Shown: positions 33,656 through 43,710, counted from the first letter of the stretch. The stretch: 64,000 nucleotides of DNA from Nitrospirota bacterium (GCA_963740085.1 CAVUCU010000004.1:480001-544000), one strand, 5' to 3'. A program made the numbers and translations. Notes: a model not told the origin generated them from the sequence alone.

Positions 33656-34429
33656 ATGTTACTATTGGAAACTAAAAACCTGGCGAAACACTTCGGGGGG
33701 CTCAAGGCGCTCGACGGGATCGACATGCGCGTCGAACGCGAGCGGATCGTGAGCATCATCGGTCCGAACGGGGCGGGGAAAACCACATTCTTCAACTGCA
33801 TCACCGGCATGATCCAGCCTACCAAAGGAAAGGCCATATTCCACGACCGGGACATCACGGGGATGTCGCCCCACGATATAACGTCTATGGGCATTGCACG
33901 TACGTTTCAGAACATCCGTCTTTTCAGCGGGATGACCGTGGTCGAAAACGTTATGGTGGCCGCACATTGCCGCACAAGTGCGGGGGTATTCGGTGCGATT
34001 GTCAGACCACGGCGGGTAATAAAAGAGGAACGGGACATGGAGTACCGCGCCGTGGATATTTTGAAATTCGTGGGGCTCGACGCAAAGTATGATTCATTTG
34101 CGATGAACCTCTCTTATGGAGATCAACGGCGACTGGAGATCGCGCGAGCGCTCGGGACCGAACCGCACCTTTTGCTTCTTGATGAACCTGCCGCCGGGAT
34201 GAACCTTCAGGAAACGCAGGACCTGATGACGTTGATCCGCAAGATCCGAGACAACGGTGTGGCAATCCTTCTGATCGAACATGATATGAAGGTCGTGATG
34301 GGCATCTCGGACCGGGTGATCGTGCTCGACCACGGAGTAAAGATCGCCGAAGGCCTGCCGAAAGATATACAGCAGAACACCGGTGTGATTGAGGCATACC
34401 TGGGCAAGGAGAGCTTGCGTGATGCTTGA
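33656..34429 (+). CDS. livG: Branched-chain amino acid ABC transporter ATP-binding protein
   Basis: GPNGAGKTT, RTFQNIRLF, LSYGDQRRLEIARAL, LDEPAAG. Confidence 0.92.
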   Translation: MLLLETKNLAKHFGGLKALDGIDMRVERERIVSIIGPNGAGKTTFFNCITGMIQPTKGKAIFHDRDITGMSPHDITSMGIARTFQNIRLFSGMTVVENVMVAAHCRTSAGVFGAIVRPRRVIKEERDMEYRAVDILKFVGLDAKYDSFAMNLSYGDQRRLEIARALGTEPHLLLLDEPAAGMNLQETQDLMTLIRKIRDNGVAILLIEHDMKVVMGISDRVIVLDHGVKIAEGLPKDIQQNTGVIEAYLGKESLRDA

Positions 34430-35123
34430 GCTGCGTGAAGTGACCGTCTCTTACGGCATGATAGATGCTCTCAAGGGCGTCAGCCTGAAGGTGGGGCGAG
34501 GGGAGATCGTCGCTCTGATCGGGGCGAACGGCGCGGGCAAGTCAACGACCCTGATGTCAATCTCCGGGGTGGCCGCGCTGCGGTCGGGCATTGTCTTGTA
34601 CGACAATGCGGAGTTGTCAGGCCGGCCCGCGCATGCGATCGTGCAGATGGGGATCTCGCAGGTCCCCGAGGGCAGGCGCATCTTCGCCAGGATGACGGTG
34701 CGCGAGAACCTGGAAATGGGCGCTTTTATCAGGGAAAGACGGGAACTCGCAGGCGACCTGGCGCGGGTATTCGAGCTGTTCCCGGCGCTTGCTGACAGGG
34801 ATCGGCAGCTTGGCGGCACGCTCTCGGGAGGCGAGCAGCAGATGCTCGCCCTGGGCAGGGCGCTCATGTCACGGCCGAAGCTTCTCCTTCTTGACGAGCC
34901 ATCGCTTGGTCTTGCTCCGATCATCGTGAGCAGGATATTCAAGATCATCAGAGAGATCAATCAGCAGGGAATGACAATACTTCTTGTCGAACAGAACGCA
35001 AAGGCCGCTCTCCGTCTTGCACATCGCGCCTACGTTATGGAAACGGGAAAGATAGTGATGGAGGGCCGGGCCGCTGACCTTGAAAAGGACCCGGGGATAA
35101 AGAGGGCGTATTTAGGAGAGTAG
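34422..35123 (+). CDS. livF: Branched-chain amino acid ABC transporter ATP-binding protein
   Basis: GANGAGKST, VPEGRRIF, LSGGEQQM, LDEPSLGLAP. Confidence 0.92.
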   Translation: MLELREVTVSYGMIDALKGVSLKVGRGEIVALIGANGAGKSTTLMSISGVAALRSGIVLYDNAELSGRPAHAIVQMGISQVPEGRRIFARMTVRENLEMGAFIRERRELAGDLARVFELFPALADRDRQLGGTLSGGEQQMLALGRALMSRPKLLLLDEPSLGLAPIIVSRIFKIIREINQQGMTILLVEQNAKAALRLAHRAYVMETGKIVMEGRAADLEKDPGIKRAYLGE

Positions 35124-35207
35124 TCGGGAGCCAGGAGTCAGAATTCAGGAGTAGACGTTGTTGTACGTCGGCAGTTCTCCTGACCACCGGGTTCTGTCTT
35201 TCGGATC

Positions 35208-35957
35208 ATGCGTATGAACAATATCAAACTTATACTCGAATATGACGGGACGAATTATCACGGCTGGCAATCTCAGATCGGGAGCGGCATGCCGACGATC
35301 CAGGATGTTCTCGAACAGGCGCTCAAGGAACTCACGAATGAATCAATAAAGACCTCTTCATCGGGCCGGACCGACGCGGGGGTGCATGCCCTGGGGCATG
35401 TTGCGAATTTCAAAAGCGCAAACCGTATCCCGGCGGAAGCATGGGCGCCGGCATTAAATCATATTTTGCCGAATGACATCAGGGTGCTGCTCTCCGAACA
35501 GGCACCCGGGGATTTTCATGCCAGGTTCAGCGCTCAGGGGAAAATTTATCAGTATAGGATCCTGAATCGGCGAAGCCCGTCAGCGTTAAATCGAAACTAT
35601 TCCTGGCACTTAAGCAAACGGCTGAACCTGAAGAACATGAGATCGGCCGCTGTCTGCCTCGTGGGTAAACATGATTTTTCCGCTTTTCGGAGTTCCGGGT
35701 GCGGAGCTAACACGCCGGTGAGGACGCTTAAGGCGCTTACCATAAAGAAAAACGGTGAGTTTGTTGAAATCCTTATCGAGGCGGACGCATTCCTGATGCA
35801 CATGGCGAGGAATATTGTTGGAACGCTGGTGGAAGTGGGTCTCAATCGGCGGCCGGCAGAAGAAGTGAAGCAAATACTATTGTCCTGCGATAGAAACAAA
35901 GCCGGAAGGTGCGCCCCCGCATGCGGCCTGTATCTGCGCAAGGTATTTTATCTTTAA
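35208..35957 (+). CDS. truA: tRNA pseudouridine(38-40) synthase
   Basis: YDGTNYHGWQ, GRTDAGVHA, FHARFSA, HDFSAF. Confidence 0.96.
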   Translation: MRMNNIKLILEYDGTNYHGWQSQIGSGMPTIQDVLEQALKELTNESIKTSSSGRTDAGVHALGHVANFKSANRIPAEAWAPALNHILPNDIRVLLSEQAPGDFHARFSAQGKIYQYRILNRRSPSALNRNYSWHLSKRLNLKNMRSAAVCLVGKHDFSAFRSSGCGANTPVRTLKALTIKKNGEFVEILIEADAFLMHMARNIVGTLVEVGLNRRPAEEVKQILLSCDRNKAGRCAPACGLYLRKVFYL

Positions 35958-36185
35958 AAAGCCGAGAGTTATTAACAGGAACAGCAGTCATTGATTCAGG
36001 CTCAGATTCTAATTTTGCAAGATATATTTATTGCCGTATTATGAAATATGATAGAAAATATGCTTGCTAAAATTTACTCTTTATGATATTTTTTGCGTTG
36101 TCCTTGTTCTGGAAATAAAACTCCCGCGAACATAACTGACTCGTTTTATTAAGAGTGAATTCGATACTTTTTGAAAGGAGAATGT

Positions 36186-37088
36186 ATGAGGAATTGGCTG
36201 AATATTATTTTACCGGTATTGCTCACTCTCATTTTGGTCCCCGCAGCCGGCGCAGCGACGGATTCGGCAACCTGCCTGGGCTGTCACGGATCAATGGAAG
36301 GGGCCGCCAATGTGAACCAGGAAAAGTTTTCTAAATCCGTACACGGCGGCATGAATGATTGTACCATGTGCCATATGACCCTGAAAGGTGACCAGCACCA
36401 GGGACTGGCGGGAGGAAAGCCGGATAAGGCGGTCAAGGAACTGGCCGCCGAGATATCTCCCAAGAGCAAGATCGATCCGATCGCGCAGGCCGCGTGCGTG
36501 AACTGCCACCCGGATGTTTACGAGTCTTATAAGGCCAGTGTCCATGGAAGGAATGTTATCGTCAAAAAGTCATCCGACGGCCCGGTCTGCACGAGCTGTC
36601 ATGGTTCGCCGCACTATATTCAGCCCAAGACGAGTAAAGAGTCAACGGTAAACCACTTTAACGTGGTCCAAACCTGCGGGGCCTGTCATGAAGAGAAGAG
36701 GATATCGGAGAAGTACGGGTTCACCCCCAACGTAATGGAGCGCTATAAAGAAAGCTTCCACGGGAGAAAGCTGAGAGTCGGCGACAGCGGCGCGCCGTCA
36801 TGCGTGAACTGTCACGGCTCCCACGATATCAAGAGCGTCGATGACCCGTCCTCTCCGGTCGTGGGCGCGAACAAGATAAAAACATGCTCAAAATGTCATC
36901 CGGGGGCCACGGCGAAATTCGTAGCCGCGATCACCCACAAACCGCTGCATCCGATCGCTCACTTCTCAGAGATCGGACTGATCATCCTCATGGTGAGTAC
37001 GTTCATCTTCATCGTTGTCCACGTTCTCTTGGATATTTACGCGGATATCCGAGACCGTCTGTTCAGAAAAGGAGGCAAGAATGAATAA
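36186..37088 (+). CDS. Heptaheme cytochrome c with signal peptide and C-terminal membrane anchor
   Basis: Seven CxxCH motifs: CLGCH, CTMCH, CVNCH, CTSCH, CGACH, CVNCH, CSKCH; hydrophobic C-terminal helix. Confidence 0.92.
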   Translation: MRNWLNIILPVLLTLILVPAAGAATDSATCLGCHGSMEGAANVNQEKFSKSVHGGMNDCTMCHMTLKGDQHQGLAGGKPDKAVKELAAEISPKSKIDPIAQAACVNCHPDVYESYKASVHGRNVIVKKSSDGPVCTSCHGSPHYIQPKTSKESTVNHFNVVQTCGACHEEKRISEKYGFTPNVMERYKESFHGRKLRVGDSGAPSCVNCHGSHDIKSVDDPSSPVVGANKIKTCSKCHPGATAKFVAAITHKPLHPIAHFSEIGLIILMVSTFIFIVVHVLLDIYADIRDRLFRKGGKNE

Positions 37089-37785
37089 GAGTATTCCTAC
37101 CGAGATAGAGAGGTTCGACCTTTCTGCGAGGATCCAACATATCACATTGTTCACGTCGTTCCTGGTGCTCGCGTTCACCGGCTGGGGGCTCAAGTATGCA
37201 TACCAGGAACCTGCCAGCGCATGGATCAGCTTCTGGGGAGGCGCCAAAAGCGCGGGGATCATCCACCGCGTAGCCGGCATCATCCTGCTCCTGGATTTCA
37301 TCTACCATCAGTTTTACTTGCTCAATCTGATCCGGAAAAAGAACCTTAGCCTGTCGATCGTGCCCATGCCCAAGGACGTTCTGGATGTTGTTCAAAACTT
37401 CAAGTATTACCTCGGGTTCACGAAAGAACAGCCCCGCTTCGGAAAGTTCACCTATCTTCAGAAATTCGATTACTGGGCTGTTTACTGGGGCATGATGATC
37501 ATCGGGACCTCGGGCTTTATTCTTACCTTCCCGGTAATGATGTCTTCGCTTTTCCCGACCTGGACGCTGGCGTGGATCTGGGACGTGATCTTCATCATGC
37601 ACAGCGACGAGGCGCTTCTGGCCATTGTATTTATTTTTATCATTCACTTCTATTCCGAGCACCTTCGGTCCGACGTGTTCCCCATGAGCTGGTTGTGGCT
37701 TACCGGGAAAATGTCCGTTGACCAGCTGAAGCATCACCATCCGGAAGAGTATGATCAACTTTTCGGGAATAAGAAGGACAAGTAA
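37081..37785 (+). CDS. Di-heme cytochrome b subunit (FdnI/HyaC-like)
   Basis: RIQH, IHRVAG, KFDYWAVYWG, HSDEALLA..IHFY; overlaps the cytochrome c stop. Confidence 0.88.
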   Translation: MNKSIPTEIERFDLSARIQHITLFTSFLVLAFTGWGLKYAYQEPASAWISFWGGAKSAGIIHRVAGIILLLDFIYHQFYLLNLIRKKNLSLSIVPMPKDVLDVVQNFKYYLGFTKEQPRFGKFTYLQKFDYWAVYWGMMIIGTSGFILTFPVMMSSLFPTWTLAWIWDVIFIMHSDEALLAIVFIFIIHFYSEHLRSDVFPMSWLWLTGKMSVDQLKHHHPEEYDQLFGNKKDK

Positions 37786-37815
37786 CGTAACCGTTTTGAA
37801 TATTTGATGTAAAAA

Positions 37816-37842
37816 AAACAGCGGCCTAAAAGGCCGCTGTTT
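37816..37842 (+). terminator. Bidirectional terminator hairpin
   Basis: aaacagcggcct-aaa-aggccgctgttt. Confidence 0.8.
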
Positions 37843-38104
37843 CTGTTCATGCTGCTGAAATATTAACAGGCTGTTGAATTTAACATCACTATTCATTCTT
37901 TAGCATAGGCCATGCGGCCGCGCTACGATGCATCTCTTATTTATCAGCTCATCACAGAGGGTGCATGTATGGAGCATCCGCCGTATTTGTAATTCAGGGC
38001 CCAGGAGTAACGTCGGGGTTTCGTAGAAACCAGAGTAGCCGCACCAGACGGTAAAGTACAACTTAAGATTATTGCACTTCCACGCCGTCAAACATGTTCG
38101 GCAC

Positions 38105-38132
38105 AAAAAAGGCAGTGATTGCTCACTGCCTT
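38105..38132 (-). terminator. Rho-independent terminator
   Basis: aaggcagtga-ttgc-tcactgcctt with a U-run on the minus strand. Confidence 0.7.
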
Positions 38133-38168
38133 GACCGGATGTTTTGCGGTGCGAAGTCCGCTATCCTT

Positions 38169-38306
38169 CTATGCCTTCTCGGCTGCTTTCGCTCGTACCG
38201 CTGTTGGTACGGAGACGAGGTATCCCATAACTGCACCGATCAGGCCGCCGACCACGAGGCTTAGCGCTGCCGCGCAGGCGATCCCCACCACGATGCCCAT
38301 GACCAC
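38169..38306 (-). CDS. Small (about 45 aa) membrane peptide
   Basis: GGAGG 5 nt before GTG; hydrophobic GIVVGIACAAALSLVVGGLIGAVMGYLV; terminator downstream. Confidence 0.5.
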   Translation of the reverse strand: MVMGIVVGIACAAALSLVVGGLIGAVMGYLVSVPTAVRAKAAEKA

Positions 38307-38432
38307 TGCTGCCTCCGATGAACGAACCTGCGGGCAGGCCGCCAAGTGCAAATAAGACAATGCCTGCACCTATCCCGACATAAAGAGATTTGAAAAAGAT
38401 ATTTGTGGGTTATGAAAGCGGAATTGAAGTGT

Positions 38433-39095
38433 TTAATTAAGCTTTTCCAGGATGCCCTGTTTCATCCTGAATTGCTTCGCAGCACGGAGGGCTATTTCGG
38501 AGCTGTGAGTGACGACGATCATGGTCACTTTTTTATCTCTATTGGTTGTCTCGAAGAATGTCATGATTTCGGCTTCCGTTTCCTCGTCGAGATCGCCTGT
38601 GGGCTCGTCCGCCAGGATTATCTCAGGTGAATTGATGAATGCCCTGGCGATAGCCACCCGCTGCTGTTCACCGCCGGAAAGCTCGGACGGATACCGGTCT
38701 GCTTTGTCGCCGAGTCCGACGAGTTGAAGAAGTTGTTTCGCATCGGCGCCGGTTTTGCTGCCGCCGAATACAGTGGGAAGAAGTACGTTCTCGATCGCGG
38801 TAAGGGTCGGAAGGAGGCTCGCAAACTGGTACACAAAGCCGAATTTGTTATTTCTGAGCTTTGAACGCTCCTTGTCGGTGTAGTTCCAAATATTATTATT
38901 ATCGATACTGACCGAGCCCGTGTCAGGCCGGGCAATGCCGCCGATAAGGCTCAGGAATGTGCTTTTACCGCTTCCCGAATGTCCGACTATGGAGACGAAA
39001 TCTCCTTGCAGGATGGTAAGATCAAGAGGCTGGACGGCCTTGATTTTTTTTCCTGAAATGGAATAGGTTTTTGAGAGTCCCTTCAGTTCGATCAT
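38433..39095 (-). CDS. ABC transporter ATP-binding protein (LolD/MacB-type)
   Basis: [33 protein letters not shown]. Confidence 0.92.
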   Translation of the reverse strand: MIELKGLSKTYSISGKKIKAVQPLDLTILQGDFVSIVGHSGSGKSTFLSLIGGIARPDTGSVSIDNNNIWNYTDKERSKLRNNKFGFVYQFASLLPTLTAIENVLLPTVFGGSKTGADAKQLLQLVGLGDKADRYPSELSGGEQQRVAIARAFINSPEIILADEPTGDLDEETEAEIMTFFETTNRDKKVTMIVVTHSSEIALRAAKQFRMKQGILEKLN

Positions 39096-39131
39096 GAACT
39101 TCCTTTCTTTCTTCTACGACAGGTGGATTGC

Positions 39132-39737
39132 TCATTTTCCTTTTTTGTCGATCTCTTTTTTCAAGGCTGCTGCAATGCCCGCGTCAAACGTATCGAGCTT
39201 ATGATACTGGGTGAGCGCCTCTGAACGTTTCCCCTTTTTGAGCAGCGCCATTCCGAGATTGTACCGGGCGGTTGCGTATCGCGGTCGCAGAACGAGGGCT
39301 TTTTGAAGGGCACGGATCTCATCGTCTGTTTTCCCGATCTTGCCATAGGCAATTGCCAGGTTGTTATACAGAACAGGGTTCCTGGAAAAGAACTTTATCG
39401 CCCTCGAGTAACTGTTAATGGCTTCCTGATACTTTCCAAGCCTGCTGTAGGCGTTCCCCAACTTCACATAAGCGTATCCGCGCTTCGGGTCGATGGCGAT
39501 GACCTTTTGAAGGGCATTTACTTCTTCAGTATACACCTCGGAGCGTTCATAGATATCGGAAAGATGGTACCAAGCCTCTGCATCCTTCGGGTTCCTGATG
39601 GTCTGGTCCCTGACTTCTTCGAAAAGGTTCTTTTCTGTACTGTCTGTACTGACAGGAGGAGTCGTCTGCTTCTTGTCATCAGCGCATGAGAGGAACAAAA
39701 AGGACGTCATCCAGAGGATAATAAAAAAAGGTTTCAT
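39132..39737 (-). CDS. TPR-repeat lipoprotein
   Basis: Lipobox FLSC; repeated YVKLGNAY, YNNLAIAY and YNLGMAL TPR helices. Confidence 0.85.
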   Translation of the reverse strand: MKPFFIILWMTSFLFLSCADDKKQTTPPVSTDSTEKNLFEEVRDQTIRNPKDAEAWYHLSDIYERSEVYTEEVNALQKVIAIDPKRGYAYVKLGNAYSRLGKYQEAINSYSRAIKFFSRNPVLYNNLAIAYGKIGKTDDEIRALQKALVLRPRYATARYNLGMALLKKGKRSEALTQYHKLDTFDAGIAAALKKEIDKKGK

Positions 39738-40930
39738 TCCGCACTCCTGATCGCTTCGTAGGGCTCCACTCTCAGGAGTGTGATCGACGGCAGGAATGCG
39801 GCAATCAGGCCGGTCAAGATTGAGACGAGGAGCGCTCCTGCGGTCAACACGATCAACTCCGGAGTGGCGGGAAAGAGATAGGGAAGCTTAAGGTAATGAA
39901 GCATCAGGTCCTTGAAGCTGAAGAGCAGCGCGTATCCGAGCACGATCCCCGCAGCGCCGCCTGTTGCAGAAAGCAGGACGGCTTCATCCAAAATAATCGC
40001 GGCTATGTGCCCTCTGTTTGCACCCATCGCGCGCAAGATGCCGATCTCCCTGCGCCGTTCATTCACGATCATATAAAAGGCAAACGCCATGATCAGGAGG
40101 ACGATGGCCCAGAGAATGACGCTGATGATCAAGATCGCTTTGATAAGGCCCGATAGCTGCTTTCGCACGGTACTGATGATCGTGTCCGAAACCAGTGCCT
40201 TGACACCGCTGATGTCATGTTCGATACGGATGGCGACGCGGTCGGGGGTGAAATCATCTTTTACCTGTACGAGGACGGTGGAGATCTGGTTCCTGCCGAT
40301 CTCTACGGGTTGGATCGCCTTGGTCTTTGAATTTTCGGCCATCTGGTATGCGGCGTCCAGGCTCATGAATACAGCGCGATCGAAAAAGTCCATCCCCGTC
40401 GCTTCCATGGTTCCGGCAACCGTGAAGGTCGTGCCAAAAAAGGGGATCTTATCCCCCGTGATCACCGGTACGTTCCTGCCGGTGATGATCTCATTGTTGC
40501 TGAGCTTGCGGTTGAGGTTCTTCTCGAGCCAGGGTTTAACCGTGAAGTCGGTTTCGGGATCAAAGGCCACAAGGAACACGTCAACATTGAAGCAGCAGGT
40601 GAAGCTGGTTGGTTTGATGAACAATTGGGCGGTCGCGCTCTTAACTCCGTCGATTGCCTTGACCCGGTCGAGAATGGAGCGGTCCATCAGGAATTGGGTG
40701 GGTTCGCCGGAGAGCAGGGCCATTTGGGCCTTGTCCTTCGCGCTCTCGGGGACAACCAGGATGTCGGCGCCGAGGCGATACGTGCCGATTCTGAGGGCAT
40801 TGTTGATGCTTTTCAGAAAGAGGGTCGCCGAGAAGAGAGTACAGGAGACAACCGCGACAATGGCAAATAAAAGCCAGGTCCTGGTGAGTTTTCTTCTGAG
40901 ATTTTTCAGCGCAACATATGGGATGTTCAT
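39734..40930 (-). CDS. ABC transporter permease (FtsX/MacB-like)
   Basis: RLGADILVVP, ERRREIGILRAMGA, four-TM topology. Confidence 0.88.
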   Translation of the reverse strand: MNIPYVALKNLRRKLTRTWLLFAIVAVVSCTLFSATLFLKSINNALRIGTYRLGADILVVPESAKDKAQMALLSGEPTQFLMDRSILDRVKAIDGVKSATAQLFIKPTSFTCCFNVDVFLVAFDPETDFTVKPWLEKNLNRKLSNNEIITGRNVPVITGDKIPFFGTTFTVAGTMEATGMDFFDRAVFMSLDAAYQMAENSKTKAIQPVEIGRNQISTVLVQVKDDFTPDRVAIRIEHDISGVKALVSDTIISTVRKQLSGLIKAILIISVILWAIVLLIMAFAFYMIVNERRREIGILRAMGANRGHIAAIILDEAVLLSATGGAAGIVLGYALLFSFKDLMLHYLKLPYLFPATPELIVLTAGALLVSILTGLIAAFLPSITLLRVEPYEAIRSAE

Positions 40931-41108
40931 AGTAGGAGAACTATTATTCCTTTGTACTGGATTTATTGTCTTTCGGTATCATTATACCAGATGATGTGCG
41001 GCCAGTAAACCCTTTTTGGGAACAAGTTCGATACCGCTTCGTATAACGGTGTGTAAAAATGAAATCATCAGCAGAAAGGGGTCGGCGCTATTACGGAACG
41101 GGGAAAGA

Positions 41109-41141
41109 AAAAGCCGGAGGCAGGTGAGACTTGCCTCCGGC
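41109..41141 (-). terminator. Rho-independent terminator
   Basis: gccggaggca...tgcctccggc followed by a U-run on the minus strand. Confidence 0.7.
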
Positions 41142-41173
41142 CGATACCGAGCTTTCCAGAATGCAGGTCCAGG

Positions 41174-42268
41174 CTACTTATGCCAGTCGACTTCGATGCC
41201 GCAGAGCAGCGGAGAACCCTTGTCAATCTTGACTTCTATGCCATTCTCCTTGTGGCAACCGGCGCAGGCGGATACCTTGCCTACGAGGTTATAGTTCTTC
41301 ATATCCATGACGTTCAGCGTGCTGTCGTCACCGTATGTTCTTGAAGACAGGAACGCGTACTTGCCGTCCGGGGAGAAGGCAAAATCATGCGGCCGCACAT
41401 CATCCGGAAGGACGAGGCGCTTGGCGATCGTGTCGGTCTTCGTATCGATTAGGATAACCTGGCTCTTATGCGTGCCCGGCTTGAGACCCGGATCAAATTC
41501 GTTCGGTGCGCTTACCCAGAGGTATTTGCCGTCCCGCTGCATTCTGATCTGATGAAGGAACGTCATCTCGGGGCTCGTAATCTGCTTGATTTCTTTTTTA
41601 GTCTTCCAATCATAGACAAAGACGATACCCTGCGGCATGTCGGAAATATAGGCTTTCTTGCCGTTCTTGGTCCACTGAATACCGCATACCGCCTTGCCAA
41701 CCGGCATCTTGTCAACGGTTTTCAGCGTTTTCGAATCCCATACGTAGACATTGCCGTCGGCCATATCCTCAAAGTATATGTTCCCATCGGGTCCTGCGAT
41801 CGCGCCGCAGAACTTCTCACCGACTTTAAAAGGGCCTTCTTTCTTCATTGTTGCCAGGTCTATCTTGTAGATGTTTCCCGCCAGGGTTCCTGCAACAAGG
41901 ACCTTCTTGCCCTTTTCGTAGACGATTGACTGGCCGTGGGTCCCACCGGATTTCTTCACTTCTTCGAAGCTCATGCCCGCGATCTTGCCTTCCATCTCGG
42001 AACCGGCCTCGGTAAGGACGATCCGGTCCTTCTCCACATCCATCGGGGGTTTCATGGTTTTCATATTGATGATCGCGATGTGACCGCCATGGCCGGCGAT
42101 ATAAGCCGTTGCATTAAAGGTCGGTATCTTGGCTGCCGGCTCTACTTTAACATCGATCACTTGAACATCTGACGCCTCAACCGCTGCCGTCTGTGACAGG
42201 CCCAGGTATATTCCAAAAACACTTACTACAATCAAGCTGATCAATAAAAATTTTTTCATGTAGTTCAT
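41174..42268 (-). CDS. Exported YncE/cytochrome d1-like beta-propeller protein with one C-terminal CxxCH
   Basis: Signal peptide; repeats such as PDGNIY, DGKYLWV and PHDFAFSPDGKYAF; CAGCH near the C-terminus. Confidence 0.7.
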   Translation of the reverse strand: MNYMKKFLLISLIVVSVFGIYLGLSQTAAVEASDVQVIDVKVEPAAKIPTFNATAYIAGHGGHIAIINMKTMKPPMDVEKDRIVLTEAGSEMEGKIAGMSFEEVKKSGGTHGQSIVYEKGKKVLVAGTLAGNIYKIDLATMKKEGPFKVGEKFCGAIAGPDGNIYFEDMADGNVYVWDSKTLKTVDKMPVGKAVCGIQWTKNGKKAYISDMPQGIVFVYDWKTKKEIKQITSPEMTFLHQIRMQRDGKYLWVSAPNEFDPGLKPGTHKSQVILIDTKTDTIAKRLVLPDDVRPHDFAFSPDGKYAFLSSRTYGDDSTLNVMDMKNYNLVGKVSACAGCHKENGIEVKIDKGSPLLCGIEVDWHK

Positions 42269-42745
42269 CTCCTTTTTAAATAGTTCCGATTATTGAAGTG
42301 CTCACGTGAATCACAATTGTTGTTCAGCTTTAGAAAATCTTTTTCACTATCGGGTATGCACCTCCTTTAACGCTAAAATAAATTAAATAAGGAACACCGC
42401 GACCTGGTTCTGTGTCTTAACACGATATAACAGCTTAACAAAGTCATTATAGCATAGTATTCGTAATGTATACGTCGACAATATAAGCTTTTGATTTCGG
42501 GGTGTCAACTTGAAGTTCCAACATTACAACTTGCATTATTATAACTTTAGTCACTATAACAAGGATAATTTATTAAAAGGGCATGAAAATAGAAGGTTTA
42601 ATACCATTGTCATAGGTAGTGCATTATGAAATTCGGTGTTTGTTGAGCATTATTGATTTTGAGCAGGAAGAGAAGAGATGATATAAAACAAATATCCCCC
42701 GGTTATTTTAAACACGGGGGATGGTGACAAGCGGGGATAAAGGAA

Positions 42746-42940
42746 TCAGCTTACCTTCTGAACTTTGCCTGACCGAATGCAGCGTGTGCAGACATGCATA
42801 CGCACATGGGAACCCTTGGAACCGACTGCCCTGATCGGCTGTAAATTCGGCTTGGAAAACTTCTTTGATCTGTTGTTGGCATGGCTCACTTTATTTCCGC
42901 TGAGCTTGCCCTTTCCACAAATATCACACGTACCAGCCAC
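42746..42940 (-). CDS. rpmB: 50S ribosomal protein L28 (zinc-binding type)
   Basis: [27 protein letters not shown]. Confidence 0.96.
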   Translation of the reverse strand: MAGTCDICGKGKLSGNKVSHANNRSKKFSKPNLQPIRAVGSKGSHVRMHVCTRCIRSGKVQKVS

Positions 42941-43040
42941 TGTAAAGTCCTCCGTTGCATAGTTTTATTTGAAGCAGGCGTAAGATACCATAAGAATACC
43001 TTCGGCGCAAGGGAAAAATGCCGGTTGGATTACAAAACAC

Positions 43041-43096
43041 TTGACATCATTTCTCAATGGATGTACTGTATGGCAATGTAAGTGGTTACTTACATT
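43041..43096 (+). promoter_or_regulatory. Sigma-70 promoter with adjacent palindromic operator (probable TetR site)
   Basis: TTGACA-17 nt-TACTGT; AATGTAAGT-ggtt-ACTTACATT at 43075-43096. Confidence 0.7.
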
Positions 43097-43104
43097 TTCA
43101 CGGA

Positions 43105-43698
43105 ATGAAAAAATTAGAGACAAAAGAACAGCTTTTGAGGGCAACGCTGAAGCTTATTTCAGAGAAGGGGTATCTCGGGGCAACGACGAGGGAGATTGCC
43201 CATGAAGCCGGCGTTACCGAACTGACCCTGTTCAGACATTTTGGATCAAAGGAGCGGCTGTTCGAAGAACTTCTCAAATCCTATACTTTTCTTCCCGCAT
43301 TGAAGGAACTTTTGCCGGGGTTGGAGGGTCTTTCCTGCGAACAGGCCCTCACCCAGATAGCCAGACGCTTTCTCCTGACCTTGAAAGAGCGAAAGGCCAT
43401 GATCAAGATCCTGTTCTCTGAGGTGACGACATATCCGGAAAAGATCAGGACTGTGTATAATGATTTTGTCGATGAGATGAGAGCGACGCTTTCCGGCTAT
43501 TTTGAAGTCCTTCAGGACCGTGGAATCCTGAAAAAGACGATTTCCCCCGAGATAGCTGCCCGGGTGTTCTTATGGGTATTGTTCGCCTATTTCAGGTCAG
43601 AGGAGATCATGAGGGGCGGTTCCGGCATGACGAAACAAAAATTGGAAAAGAACGTCGGCGAAATTGTGAAGATCTTTATGCATGGCACAGCTCTGTAA
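43105..43698 (+). CDS. TetR/AcrR-family regulator
   Basis: GYLGATTREIAHEAGVTELTLFRHFGSKERL HTH. Confidence 0.93.
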   Translation: MKKLETKEQLLRATLKLISEKGYLGATTREIAHEAGVTELTLFRHFGSKERLFEELLKSYTFLPALKELLPGLEGLSCEQALTQIARRFLLTLKERKAMIKILFSEVTTYPEKIRTVYNDFVDEMRATLSGYFEVLQDRGILKKTISPEIAARVFLWVLFAYFRSEEIMRGGSGMTKQKLEKNVGEIVKIFMHGTAL

Positions 43699-43710
43699 CC
43701 ACTACGACTG

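Noticed and set aside
37900-38106. Cys-rich 68-aa ORF on the minus strand
   Set aside because: It starts immediately after a terminator with no ribosome site, and no family was recognised.
42330-42370. Strong AAAGGAGGT site followed by a 5-codon ORF upstream of the beta-propeller gene
   Set aside because: The spacing to the GTG is long and the peptide is uninformative, so a leader peptide cannot be supported.
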